Shown here: positions 9,825-17,272 of the stretch, one piece after another
Position numbering within the stretch: the stretch's first letter is position 1
Layout: every line of letters starts with the position of its first letter
IMG/VR virus record: IMGVR_UViG_3300036945_000368
Span: 16,031-80,030 of that record
Reading direction: 5' to 3' (one strand)
Length of the DNA stretch: 64,000 nt
Source of the DNA: a virus
Notes under the pieces: model-generated
Told to the model about the DNA's origin: nothing
The model's database searches: none
Seen by the model: only the letters and a program-made list of their open reading frames with translations
Translations under genes and position numbers: made by a program

Positions 9825-10028
9825 ATGTTGCGAGGAATATCACTTGACTATGAAACTGCAGACAGAATCACTGTGCTGGTTCTTAAAGAACAACTGAGCT
9901 TTATGCAAGAATCATTAAGAGCAAAACTGGAAGATGACAAGTACCTACACCCAACTGACTCAGAACTGTATACAGAAAAGTATATTCCATCAATAAAAAT
10001 GTTATTAGAATATTTTGGAGAACAGTGA
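9825..10028 (+). CDS. hypothetical protein
   Basis: ORF, SD AAGGA, promoter-like TTGCAA...TATACT upstream. Confidence 0.7.
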   Translation: MLRGISLDYETADRITVLVLKEQLSFMQESLRAKLEDDKYLHPTDSELYTEKYIPSIKMLLEYFGEQ

Positions 10029-10043
10029 ATTCTATGTTATAAT
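10015..10043 (+). promoter_or_regulatory. sigma70-type promoter for the tRNA-Arg operon
   Basis: TTGGAG-17-TATAAT with TG extension, ending 8 nt before the tRNA. Confidence 0.6.
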
Positions 10044-10051
10044 GCAATTAA

Positions 10052-10126
10052 GCGTTTGTAGTACAATGGAAAGTACAACAGGTTTCTACCCTGTGAATGG
10101 TGGTTCGATTCCATCCAGACGCACCA
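10052..10126 (+). tRNA. tRNA-Arg(TCT)
   Basis: Acceptor GCGTTTG/CAGACGC-A-CCA; anticodon arm ACAGG-TT TCT AC-CCTGT; T-loop TTCGATT. Confidence 0.92.
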
Positions 10127-10155
10127 GATAAGCCCCGCTATGCTTGTTACTCGTA

Positions 10156-10311
10156 TCCCTAGAGCCAGCAGCACACTTCAGCGCCATATGAGCATAAATC
10201 TTGCCGCATATGGGTAAAATACATGTTACAATTGGTCGTGTAACAGTACGGACCTCCAGACCTGCGGATTGTCGTCCAATAGGAAAAGACACTACAACAA
10301 CTGTTTAGGGA
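10156..10311 (+). ncRNA. putative multi-stem structured RNA (unknown class)
   Basis: Closing stem TCCCTAGA/TTTAGGGA enclosing hairpins CCATATG/CATATGG, TGTTACA/TGTAACA and TGTC.TCC/GGA..GACA. Confidence 0.55.
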
Positions 10312-10316
10312 CAGAG

Positions 10317-10431
10317 GTTATAGTTCAGTATATTTCAGGTTGGGTAAGTTAACGTGACTTACTATTTGGATATAATAGGCTAGATAATTACTAGTGCTTA
10401 TATTAAGATACGGAATATGCTGAACTATAAC
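10317..10431 (+). ncRNA. putative structured RNA closed by a 20-bp inverted repeat
   Basis: GTTATAGTTCAGTATATTTC / GGAATATGCTGAACTATAAC (only G.U deviations) enclosing two internal hairpins; ends just before the AAGGAGG SD. Confidence 0.65.
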
Positions 10432-10442
10432 TAAGGAGGGAT

Positions 10443-11246
10443 ATGAAAAATCTTTTGATTGGTTCACGAGCGTTAGCTAATTGGAAACCTGTGCCAATTA
10501 AACTAACAACCGATTGGGACATTATTAGTGCTGCTGATATTTCAACAGACAATATTGAGTGGCATGACAGATCATTCTTGAATAACTATGCCTTCGATAG
10601 TTTTGCTTCAGATGTAACTGGTGAAATTGATGGTGTAAAATTTCATGTAATGAATCCAGTTGGTTTGACGATTATTAAGCGTAGTCATTTATGGCGTGAC
10701 TTATCTTTTGGTAAGCATATTACGCACTACCACAAGTATTTAGCCACTTGGCGACAAACTTTTCATGCAAGCACTGAGCATTTATTGCAAGAGCGTACTA
10801 AGTTAACTATGGAAGCATACCCACAAGGTAATCCAAACTTAATGCAATCTGTTGAGGGTTTCTTTGATGACGCTGTAACTAAGAAATATAGTCATGATTG
10901 GTTGCATGAATTAGTTGCTTATCAATCAAAACCGATGTATACTCGGATGCAGCACAATCCAGATATGGCTTGGTGTGAAAAAGTACTATGGGATAAATTG
11001 TCCTACGAAGAACAGTTACAATGCGTAGCTGAAGAAACATATGTAATCGCTATGGAAAGATTTCTTGTACCTAAGCAATGGGATTTCCCATATCGATTAG
11101 CTTACACTAAATCTTTGGATAAAGTATGTACAACATTATGCTCAGGTTGGTTTAGAGATTTTGCTATCGATAATTACCCTAGTATTCTCGGTCTGTTTAA
11201 TGCAGACAAAATTAACGCTGTAAAAGCAATCATTGAAAAGGAGTGA
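10443..11246 (+). CDS. nucleotidyltransferase-like (Pol-beta superfamily motif) phage protein
   Basis: N-terminal LLIGSRA...DWDII resembles the hG[GS]...DhD signature; C-terminal helical domain with HDWLHE. Confidence 0.6.
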   Translation: MKNLLIGSRALANWKPVPIKLTTDWDIISAADISTDNIEWHDRSFLNNYAFDSFASDVTGEIDGVKFHVMNPVGLTIIKRSHLWRDLSFGKHITHYHKYLATWRQTFHASTEHLLQERTKLTMEAYPQGNPNLMQSVEGFFDDAVTKKYSHDWLHELVAYQSKPMYTRMQHNPDMAWCEKVLWDKLSYEEQLQCVAEETYVIAMERFLVPKQWDFPYRLAYTKSLDKVCTTLCSGWFRDFAIDNYPSILGLFNADKINAVKAIIEKE

Positions 11247-11249
11247 GTT

Positions 11250-11603
11250 ATGAGTTTACAAGATACAATCAAAGCTTTGTTTGATGAAACAAGCGATAGA
11301 ATTTTAGAGGAAGGTTTTTTCCACGAGGAAATTAGTCCTGATTATGAAGGCTATGAAGAAGACGAAGATTCTGTAGACGGTTTATCAAAAGCATTAACTA
11401 TTGCTCAGGTATCCTTTGAATGCGTAGAACAACACGGTGGCGAAGGTGAAGGTGAAGACTTTTATACTGTCTACAAATTCACTAAGGGCGATGAAACAGT
11501 ATTCGTTAAGTTTCAGGGTTGGTATCAGTCCTACAACGGGTCAGAAATGACTGGTTGGGCTTTCGTTACACCTAAGCAAGTAATGGTGACTGTATATGGT
11601 TAA
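11250..11603 (+). CDS. acidic hypothetical protein (paralogue A)
   Basis: EQHGGEGEGEDFYTVYKF...KFQGWYQSYNGSEM. Confidence 0.75.
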   Translation: MSLQDTIKALFDETSDRILEEGFFHEEISPDYEGYEEDEDSVDGLSKALTIAQVSFECVEQHGGEGEGEDFYTVYKFTKGDETVFVKFQGWYQSYNGSEMTGWAFVTPKQVMVTVYG

Positions 11604-12036
11604 AAAGACTTTACGTACTCAACTAAAAGAAGAGACTAAAACTCTTAAAGAACAAATTGCAGCCCTAATTGCTGAGAAGGAAGCAGAGCTAATTAAGAAT
11701 GCTTCTTTAGCAGATAAGGTTATCTACTTTTTTGAGGACATGCCTCGCTCTGAGGTAGAGGAAGCCATGTTTCGCGGTTATGGGACTTTACTTATTAACA
11801 ACATTAAGGCCCGTTTAAAACCACATAACATTGATTATCATCTAGTTGAAGAACTTGGCGGTGATGAAGTGGAAAGTGGAAATGAATACTGGAAGGTATA
11901 TTCATTCTATGATGGTGTAGAGGACTGTCTTATCAAGTTTGATGGGCACTATTCTTCATATGATGGTGCTGAAATGCGAAACTTTTTCGTCGTCAAGTCA
12001 ACAACAAAACAAATCATAGTATTTGAAAAAGTTTAA
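11596..12036 (+). CDS. hypothetical protein (paralogue B, N-terminal coiled coil)
   Basis: EELGGDEVESGNEYWKVYSF...KFDGHYSSYDGAEM. Confidence 0.75.
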   Translation: MVKKTLRTQLKEETKTLKEQIAALIAEKEAELIKNASLADKVIYFFEDMPRSEVEEAMFRGYGTLLINNIKARLKPHNIDYHLVEELGGDEVESGNEYWKVYSFYDGVEDCLIKFDGHYSSYDGAEMRNFFVVKSTTKQIIVFEKV

Positions 12037-12043
12037 TCTATAA

Positions 12044-12118
12044 GTGAGTGAAGCCGAGAAGTCAGGCAGCGACCTCATAAGTCGTTGGAAGCAGGAGCGT
12101 TACCTGTCGCTCACACCA
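12044..12118 (+). tRNA. tRNA with CAT anticodon (Met or Ile2), non-canonical T-loop
   Basis: Acceptor GTGAGTG/CGCTCAC-A-CCA; GCGAC-CT CAT AA-GTCGT; T-arm GCAGG-AGCGTTA-CCTGT. Confidence 0.8.
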
Positions 12119-12119
12119 G

Positions 12120-12148
12120 TTGACAAGTTGTACCAAATCTGGTATAAT
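12120..12148 (+). promoter_or_regulatory. perfect-consensus sigma70 promoter of the SSB gene
   Basis: TTGACA-17-TATAAT with TG extension. Confidence 0.85.
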
Positions 12149-12225
12149 TTGTGCTTAGGTTGGCAGACCTTAAAACTGCCACACAATAGTCAATCCTAAA
12201 GTCAACCCTAAAGTAAGGAGTTTAT

Positions 12226-12879
12226 ATGAGTTTCAACAGAGAAAAAATTTCTGGTATGTTAGTTTACGTTTCCGTTAATGAGGCTAAGAAAGCACTGCAA
12301 AAAGCTGGCGCTCCAAAGAAGCCAGATGAATGGAAAGCAAGCGTAGTAATTACCGATGAAGATTATGCAGATGATTTAGAAGCATATGCAAAAGAACTAG
12401 ATACGATGATTTCCCTCAAGAAAGTCAAACGTACTGAGTTCGAAAATATCTACAAGGTAGCACCTCCTGAAGGTGATGGAAAGAACGTATGGGTCTTTAC
12501 ATTACGCAAGAGTACTGAGCTTGGTAAAACTGGTAAACCAGTACCTGAACTCTATCAACCAAAAGCATTCGAAAAAGTCGGTAAAACACTAGTCGATATT
12601 ACGCATTCTAAATTAGTCGGTAATGGTTCATACGGTTCTATTAGCGTAGATAAGTTTGAACGTCAAACTGGTGGTGCATCATTGTTCTTAAAGAACGTTT
12701 TAGTAACAGACTTAGTTGAGTACACTCAAGCTGAGAGTAATTACCAAGCTGGTTCTGAGTTTGATGATGAAGCTGATGGTGACGATACCCCTGCAGAGAA
12801 GCCAGCTAAAGCAGCTGCTAAACCTGCTAAGGCTAAAGTCGCTAAAGAAGCTGCAGAGGATGATGACACACCATTCTAA
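12226..12879 (+). CDS. ssb: single-stranded DNA-binding protein (T7 gp2.5-like)
   Basis: VGNGS motif; acidic tail ending EDDDTPF; lies in the replication module. Confidence 0.8.
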   Translation: MSFNREKISGMLVYVSVNEAKKALQKAGAPKKPDEWKASVVITDEDYADDLEAYAKELDTMISLKKVKRTEFENIYKVAPPEGDGKNVWVFTLRKSTELGKTGKPVPELYQPKAFEKVGKTLVDITHSKLVGNGSYGSISVDKFERQTGGASLFLKNVLVTDLVEYTQAESNYQAGSEFDDEADGDDTPAEKPAKAAAKPAKAKVAKEAAEDDDTPF

Positions 12880-12883
12880 GGTT

Positions 12884-12902
12884 AAGGGCTTCGGCCCTTT
12901 TC
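12884..12902 (+). terminator. rho-independent terminator
   Basis: AAGGGC-TTCG-GCCCTTTT. Confidence 0.8.
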
Positions 12903-12924
12903 CATAGATTACTAAAAGGAATTT

Positions 12925-13122
12925 ATGACAAAAGATATTATTACCATTATTACTATTTTTGTACTTGCTGTACTAGTTGTAATTTTTGCCCCTCTTGCTA
13001 CACTATGGGCAGTCAATGCACTGTTTCCAATGTTAGCTATTCCCTACAACTTTTACAGCTGGTTAGCTGTGATAGTTTTGAATCTAACATTACGCTCAAG
13101 CGTTTCATTTAAGAAGGATTAA
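12925..13122 (+). CDS. small membrane protein
   Basis: Two hydrophobic segments. Confidence 0.7.
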   Translation: MTKDIITIITIFVLAVLVVIFAPLATLWAVNALFPMLAIPYNFYSWLAVIVLNLTLRSSVSFKKD

Positions 13123-13123
13123 T

Positions 13124-13342
13124 ATGCAAAGTAAAGAAGCAATCGCAAAGCTGGTACGCTTATATACAGAAGAACAATCGCTTGCCGAAGACGTTAAAGC
13201 CGTTAAGGATGAAGCAAAAGATTCAGGCTTAGACCCTGCAATCTTAAGCGCAGTAGCCAAGGCTATTGTCAAGAATAAAGTAGACGACTTAATTGCCAAG
13301 TCTAACGAAGTTCTAAAAGCTATCGATATTTCACGTAGCTAA
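13124..13342 (+). CDS. DsbA/GapR (DUF2312)-like dsDNA-binding protein
   Basis: Helical ...EDVKAVKDEAKDSGLDPAIL... pattern. Confidence 0.6.
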   Translation: MQSKEAIAKLVRLYTEEQSLAEDVKAVKDEAKDSGLDPAILSAVAKAIVKNKVDDLIAKSNEVLKAIDISRS

Positions 13343-13348
13343 TATGAT

Positions 13349-13377
13349 ACCCGAAGGATAAAACCTTCGGGTTTTTT
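13349..13377 (+). terminator. rho-independent terminator
   Basis: ACCCGAAGG-ATAAAA-CCTTCGGGT-TTTTT. Confidence 0.85.
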
Positions 13378-13393
13378 GTTAGAAAGGAAGATA

Positions 13394-14374
13394 ATGACAG
13401 AGAGAGTTTTAATCATTGATGGCGACTTAATCGCTTACCGCTTTGCTGCAGCGGGTGAACAACGCAGTGTTTCAGTAAAACACATTAAATCAAATAAAGA
13501 ACGTATCTTCAAGAATCGTACGACCTTTAAAGAATTTCTAGTTGAAAAGAAGTATGAGTATAAACCTGAAGACTATCTGATTGAAGATATTCAGACAGTG
13601 GGTAGTAAAGATTTTACATTAGGCACTATTGAGAAATTCCTAACACGGATGAAAGAAGAGACTTGGGCTGACCGTATGGAAATCTATATCGGCTCTGGTG
13701 ATACCTTCAGACATAGATTAGCCTTACCTGTAGGGTACAAGAGTAATCGTGCTGATAACTTACGACCTTTACTTTTAGATGATACTCGCCACTACCTTAA
13801 AGTAAAATATCGTGCTCATGTAGTGCCTGCCTCTGGATTAGAAGTTGATGATGTTATCACCATTCGTTCATACGAAGAGCTTGCCAAAGGTAATGACCCT
13901 ATTCTTGTCAGTAATGATAAAGACGCACAACAAAGCTCAGGTATTCAAGTACTAAATTGGCAGAAGGACCCTTGGGAATTAAAGATGATTCCAACTGTCG
14001 GTTCGTTGTACAAGGAAAAAGCTGCGGTAAAAGGTGAAGGACTAATGTTCTTAGCTTTACAAACGTTGTCTGGCGATACAGCTGACTGCTACTGTGGCTA
14101 CGATTTGTCTCAAGTTAAGTACGGACCTACAAAAGCAATGAAAGCTCTAGAAGGCGCTAAAACAGAGCAGGAAGTACTGGAGATACTAATCAGTGAATTC
14201 AAGCGGTTATATCCTGCCGAATTTACATATACTGATTGTCACGGTGTAGAACATGCAGATGCAGATTGGCGTGATATGCTTCAGATGTATTGGGAGTGTG
14301 CTTACATGAAACGTAGTTGGGATGATGGAAGTAGTTTCGTACAATTTGCTGGTGAACGAGGTGTTTACTTATGA
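13394..14374 (+). CDS. 5'-3' exonuclease (T7 gp6/T5 exo-like)
   Basis: IIDGDLIAY, YKSNR, EVDD, SNDKD, GDTAD acidic motifs. Confidence 0.88.
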   Translation: MTERVLIIDGDLIAYRFAAAGEQRSVSVKHIKSNKERIFKNRTTFKEFLVEKKYEYKPEDYLIEDIQTVGSKDFTLGTIEKFLTRMKEETWADRMEIYIGSGDTFRHRLALPVGYKSNRADNLRPLLLDDTRHYLKVKYRAHVVPASGLEVDDVITIRSYEELAKGNDPILVSNDKDAQQSSGIQVLNWQKDPWELKMIPTVGSLYKEKAAVKGEGLMFLALQTLSGDTADCYCGYDLSQVKYGPTKAMKALEGAKTEQEVLEILISEFKRLYPAEFTYTDCHGVEHADADWRDMLQMYWECAYMKRSWDDGSSFVQFAGERGVYL

Positions 14375-14868
14375 CGATTGACCTTTACAACACAGCAGAT
14401 GTTAAGAAGGTAAGAGAGGCATTGACAGAAGAGCAGAACAATATTGATGCTCTTACTGGCTTGCCTATCCAATCTAAACAACACTGCCTCGACCACAATC
14501 ATTCTACAATGAAAGTAAGGGCAGTACTTTCCAGACAATCTAACGCAGCCTTAGGTAAGATTGAAAATATTTGGACTAGGTACTTAAGTTATTGGTATCC
14601 TCATGACTTACCTACATTCTTAGAACAATCTGCTGAATACTTACGTAGACCAGATGATGATAGATACCATCACCCACATTGGATAAAGAAGGCTAATACA
14701 GCTTTTAATAAGTTAAATGAATCTAATAAGGATAAGGTACTTACTGCATTGGGTTGTGATAAATGCAAGAATGGTGCAGAACGTAAAAAAGCATTTCAGA
14801 AGGCTATATTGACAAAACAGTTTAGTTATGATACACTGTGTGACTTTATTGACAATGCAAAGGAGTAA
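14371..14868 (+). CDS. recombination endonuclease VII (Holliday junction resolvase)
   Basis: EQNN.DALTG...LDHNH...VRAVL...N.ALGKIEN. Confidence 0.85.
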   Translation: MTIDLYNTADVKKVREALTEEQNNIDALTGLPIQSKQHCLDHNHSTMKVRAVLSRQSNAALGKIENIWTRYLSYWYPHDLPTFLEQSAEYLRRPDDDRYHHPHWIKKANTAFNKLNESNKDKVLTALGCDKCKNGAERKKAFQKAILTKQFSYDTLCDFIDNAKE

Positions 14869-14869
14869 T

Positions 14870-15043
14870 ATGTTTATTAAAGTAGTAAAATGCCATGATA
14901 AGATGCTATGGTACTCTAAGCATGTTGGTGAAATATTTGAAGTTCTACGTGAAGAGGAAGCTATCTATTGGGCTAGGGAACGAAACTTATGGAACTGTTT
15001 AAATTGGATTCGTAAACTAGATTGTGAGGTAGTAGATGGCTGA
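14870..15043 (+). CDS. hypothetical protein
   Basis: MFIKVVKC...WY..HVGEIFEV; AAGGAG SD. Confidence 0.65.
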   Translation: MFIKVVKCHDKMLWYSKHVGEIFEVLREEEAIYWARERNLWNCLNWIRKLDCEVVDG

Positions 15044-15566
15044 AGTGTTTTTAACTAGTGACACTCATTGGGGTCATGTTGGGGTTTGTAAGTTTCTTGC
15101 CGATGATGGCACAAAATGCAGACCTTGGGATGACCCTGAAAAGATGAATGAAGATATGATTGACATGTGGAATAAAACTGTCGGACCTAAGGATAAAGTT
15201 TATCATTTAGGTGACGTAGTTATTAACCGCAGATTTTTATCATTGCTTTCACGGTTAAACGGAAGTCAAGTTCTAATCAAAGGCAACCACGATATCTTTC
15301 GATTAGAAGAGTACTTACCATACTATCGTGATATTCGAGCTTATCACTACCTTGACAAGTACATGTTGACGCATATGCCTATTCATGAGGAATCATTAGG
15401 GCGATACGCTGGTAACATTCATGGACACTTGCATCAAAACAGAGTAATGAAGGATGGCAAAATTGACCCTCGTTACTTGTGTGTAAGTGTAGAACACACA
15501 GAATTTAAGCCTATTAACTTTGAAGAAGTTAAAAAGCGTTTTATAGCCCAACAGGAGAACGAATGA
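15036..15566 (+). CDS. calcineurin-like metallophosphoesterase
   Basis: SDTHWGH, HLGD, GNHD, THMP, HGHLH. Confidence 0.92.
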   Translation: MAEVFLTSDTHWGHVGVCKFLADDGTKCRPWDDPEKMNEDMIDMWNKTVGPKDKVYHLGDVVINRRFLSLLSRLNGSQVLIKGNHDIFRLEEYLPYYRDIRAYHYLDKYMLTHMPIHEESLGRYAGNIHGHLHQNRVMKDGKIDPRYLCVSVEHTEFKPINFEEVKKRFIAQQENE

Positions 15567-16510
15567 AATATACAGAAGAAGTAGTTAAAACAATCTTAGA
15601 CTTGCACTATGATGGTATGGCTTCACGACAAATTGCTAAACTTTTAGAGATTAGTAAGAGCGGTGTTAATTATGTTGTTCAACGTAATAATGAATTGCAG
15701 TATGACCCTAAAGATGCAGCTTTTAAGAAAGATGGGCCTCGTGTTTTAATCTTTGACACTGAAACAGCTGCAGCCACTGCCCTTACATTTGGACGATTCA
15801 AAGTTAACTTATCTCAAGACAATATCTTAGATAATGGTGGCTGGATTATTTGTGCATGCTGGCGCTGGTTGGGTGAACAGAAAGTCCATAAGATTTATCT
15901 CACACCAGAAGAGGTAGCAAATAAAGACGATAGCAGAATCGTAGCTCAATTGTTTGAGTTGTATGAAGAAGCTGATGCAGTACTAGCACATAACTCTCAA
16001 GGCTTTGACCATAAGGTTGTGCAAACTCGTGCGGTCTACAATGGATTTCCTCCATTACCACAAGTTAAAGTTTTAGATACATTATTACTCGTTAAGAAGT
16101 ATTTAAAATTGCCTAGCAATCGTTTAGATGCAATCGGTGAATTCTTTAACTTAGGCCGCAAGATTTCAACTGGTGGAATTATGCTCTGGAGACGAGTACA
16201 AGAAGGCGATGTAAAAGCTATGGAAGACATGGTTACTTATTGTGCCCAAGACGTTGACCTACTTTATGAGGTATACTTGCGTACTCGACAGTTAGGCCGA
16301 GCTGGTTCAGACTTTAATGCTGCTTTATATTACAACGATGATAAAGTTCGTTGTCGTGTTTGTGGTAGTGACGATGTTGAAGCCACTGGTCGTACTACAG
16401 AAACCTCTTTAAATAAGTTTGAAGAAATTCGTTGTAATAGTTGTGGTGCTGTCCACCGTGACCGTAAACCTATTACTACAAAAGAAAAGCGCAAATCGCT
16501 CTTGGCGTAA
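15563..16510 (+). CDS. DnaQ/RNase H-like exonuclease with N-terminal HTH and C-terminal zinc ribbon
   Basis: SRQIAKLL HTH; FDTET, HNSQGFD, YCAQDV (DEDDy); CRVC...CNSC. Confidence 0.8.
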   Translation: MKYTEEVVKTILDLHYDGMASRQIAKLLEISKSGVNYVVQRNNELQYDPKDAAFKKDGPRVLIFDTETAAATALTFGRFKVNLSQDNILDNGGWIICACWRWLGEQKVHKIYLTPEEVANKDDSRIVAQLFELYEEADAVLAHNSQGFDHKVVQTRAVYNGFPPLPQVKVLDTLLLVKKYLKLPSNRLDAIGEFFNLGRKISTGGIMLWRRVQEGDVKAMEDMVTYCAQDVDLLYEVYLRTRQLGRAGSDFNAALYYNDDKVRCRVCGSDDVEATGRTTETSLNKFEEIRCNSCGAVHRDRKPITTKEKRKSLLA

Positions 16511-16551
16511 TGTTCATTATGTGATATAATGCTTTAACAATTTGAAGTAAC

Positions 16552-16578
16552 ACCCCGCCTAAACAGCGGGGATTTTTT
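16552..16578 (+). terminator. rho-independent terminator downstream of a TTGGCG-17-TATAAT promoter
   Basis: CCCCGC-CTAAACA-GCGGGG-ATTTTTT. Confidence 0.7.
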
Positions 16579-16599
16579 GTCTCTTGAAAGGAGTCTTAT

Positions 16600-16761
16600 A
16601 TGCGTAGTTGGGTTAAATGGTGTATTAATCACCGAGTAAAGTTTCTTGTATACATGGTATGGTTTATTGTCTTACCTCTTTACTGGATTGTGTATTTTCA
16701 AAATGCAGTAGAAGATGCAGTTTACGATTTAAAAGATATTAACAAAATGAAAGGTGAATAA
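16600..16761 (+). CDS. small membrane protein (53 aa)
   Basis: Below track cutoff: MRSWVKW...FLVYMVWFIVLPLYWIVYF; AGGAG SD. Confidence 0.65.
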   Translation: MRSWVKWCINHRVKFLVYMVWFIVLPLYWIVYFQNAVEDAVYDLKDINKMKGE

Positions 16762-16762
16762 G

Positions 16763-17272
16763 ATGCCACATAACGGTTACACATTTGACGACTTTAAGAT
16801 TGACGTATATGCTTTCAATGAAATTGCAGGTAAAGATAAGGCTGCTACACATTTAGACTTGTGTAAACAGTTTGCACTAATTACAGAAGAACTAAAAGAA
16901 CTAGCTGACGGTCTTAGCGAGAATAATCCAGTTGAAGTACTGGACGGTGTAGTAGATGTGCTAGTTACAGGTTTAGGTTTACTACAGAAATTGGAAGCTT
17001 TAGGTTTTAATTCTCAGAAGGCTTTATTCGACACTGCAGAAAATAATCTAAGTAAGTACCCAACGGATGAAGCTGTAGCTATTGAATCAGCTAAGACGCT
17101 TGAAGGAAAAGGTGAAACTGTCAATGTTACTTATAATTCTACTTACGAAATGTTTGTAATCAAAGACTTACAAGACAAAGTTCGTAAACCTTTTAACTTT
17201 GTATCTAATGATTTATCTAACTGCATTCCGATGTATGTATTGAGTAATGGATTTGAAGGATATCCAAAATGA
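16763..17272 (+). CDS. MazG-like NTP pyrophosphohydrolase
   Basis: LITEELKEL...EVLDGVVDVLV...N.SK all-alpha NTP-PPase pattern. Confidence 0.75.
   Translation: MPHNGYTFDDFKIDVYAFNEIAGKDKAATHLDLCKQFALITEELKELADGLSENNPVEVLDGVVDVLVTGLGLLQKLEALGFNSQKALFDTAENNLSKYPTDEAVAIESAKTLEGKGETVNVTYNSTYEMFVIKDLQDKVRKPFNFVSNDLSNCIPMYVLSNGFEGYPK

Noticed and set aside
10140-10217. tmRNA tag frame (..INLAAYG*) or tRNA-linked HDV-like ribozyme
   Set aside because: No tRNA-like acceptor/T-arm ends around it, the frame does not end in LAA-stop, and I could not build the nested double pseudoknot
10317-10431. Retron msr-msd
   Set aside because: The inverted repeat fits, but no reverse transcriptase (YxDD) is in the window and the adjacent gene is not an RT
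10052-12118. Integrated element or prophage att sites at the tRNAs
   Set aside because: No integrase and no duplicated tRNA 3' end; the flanks are continuous phage genes
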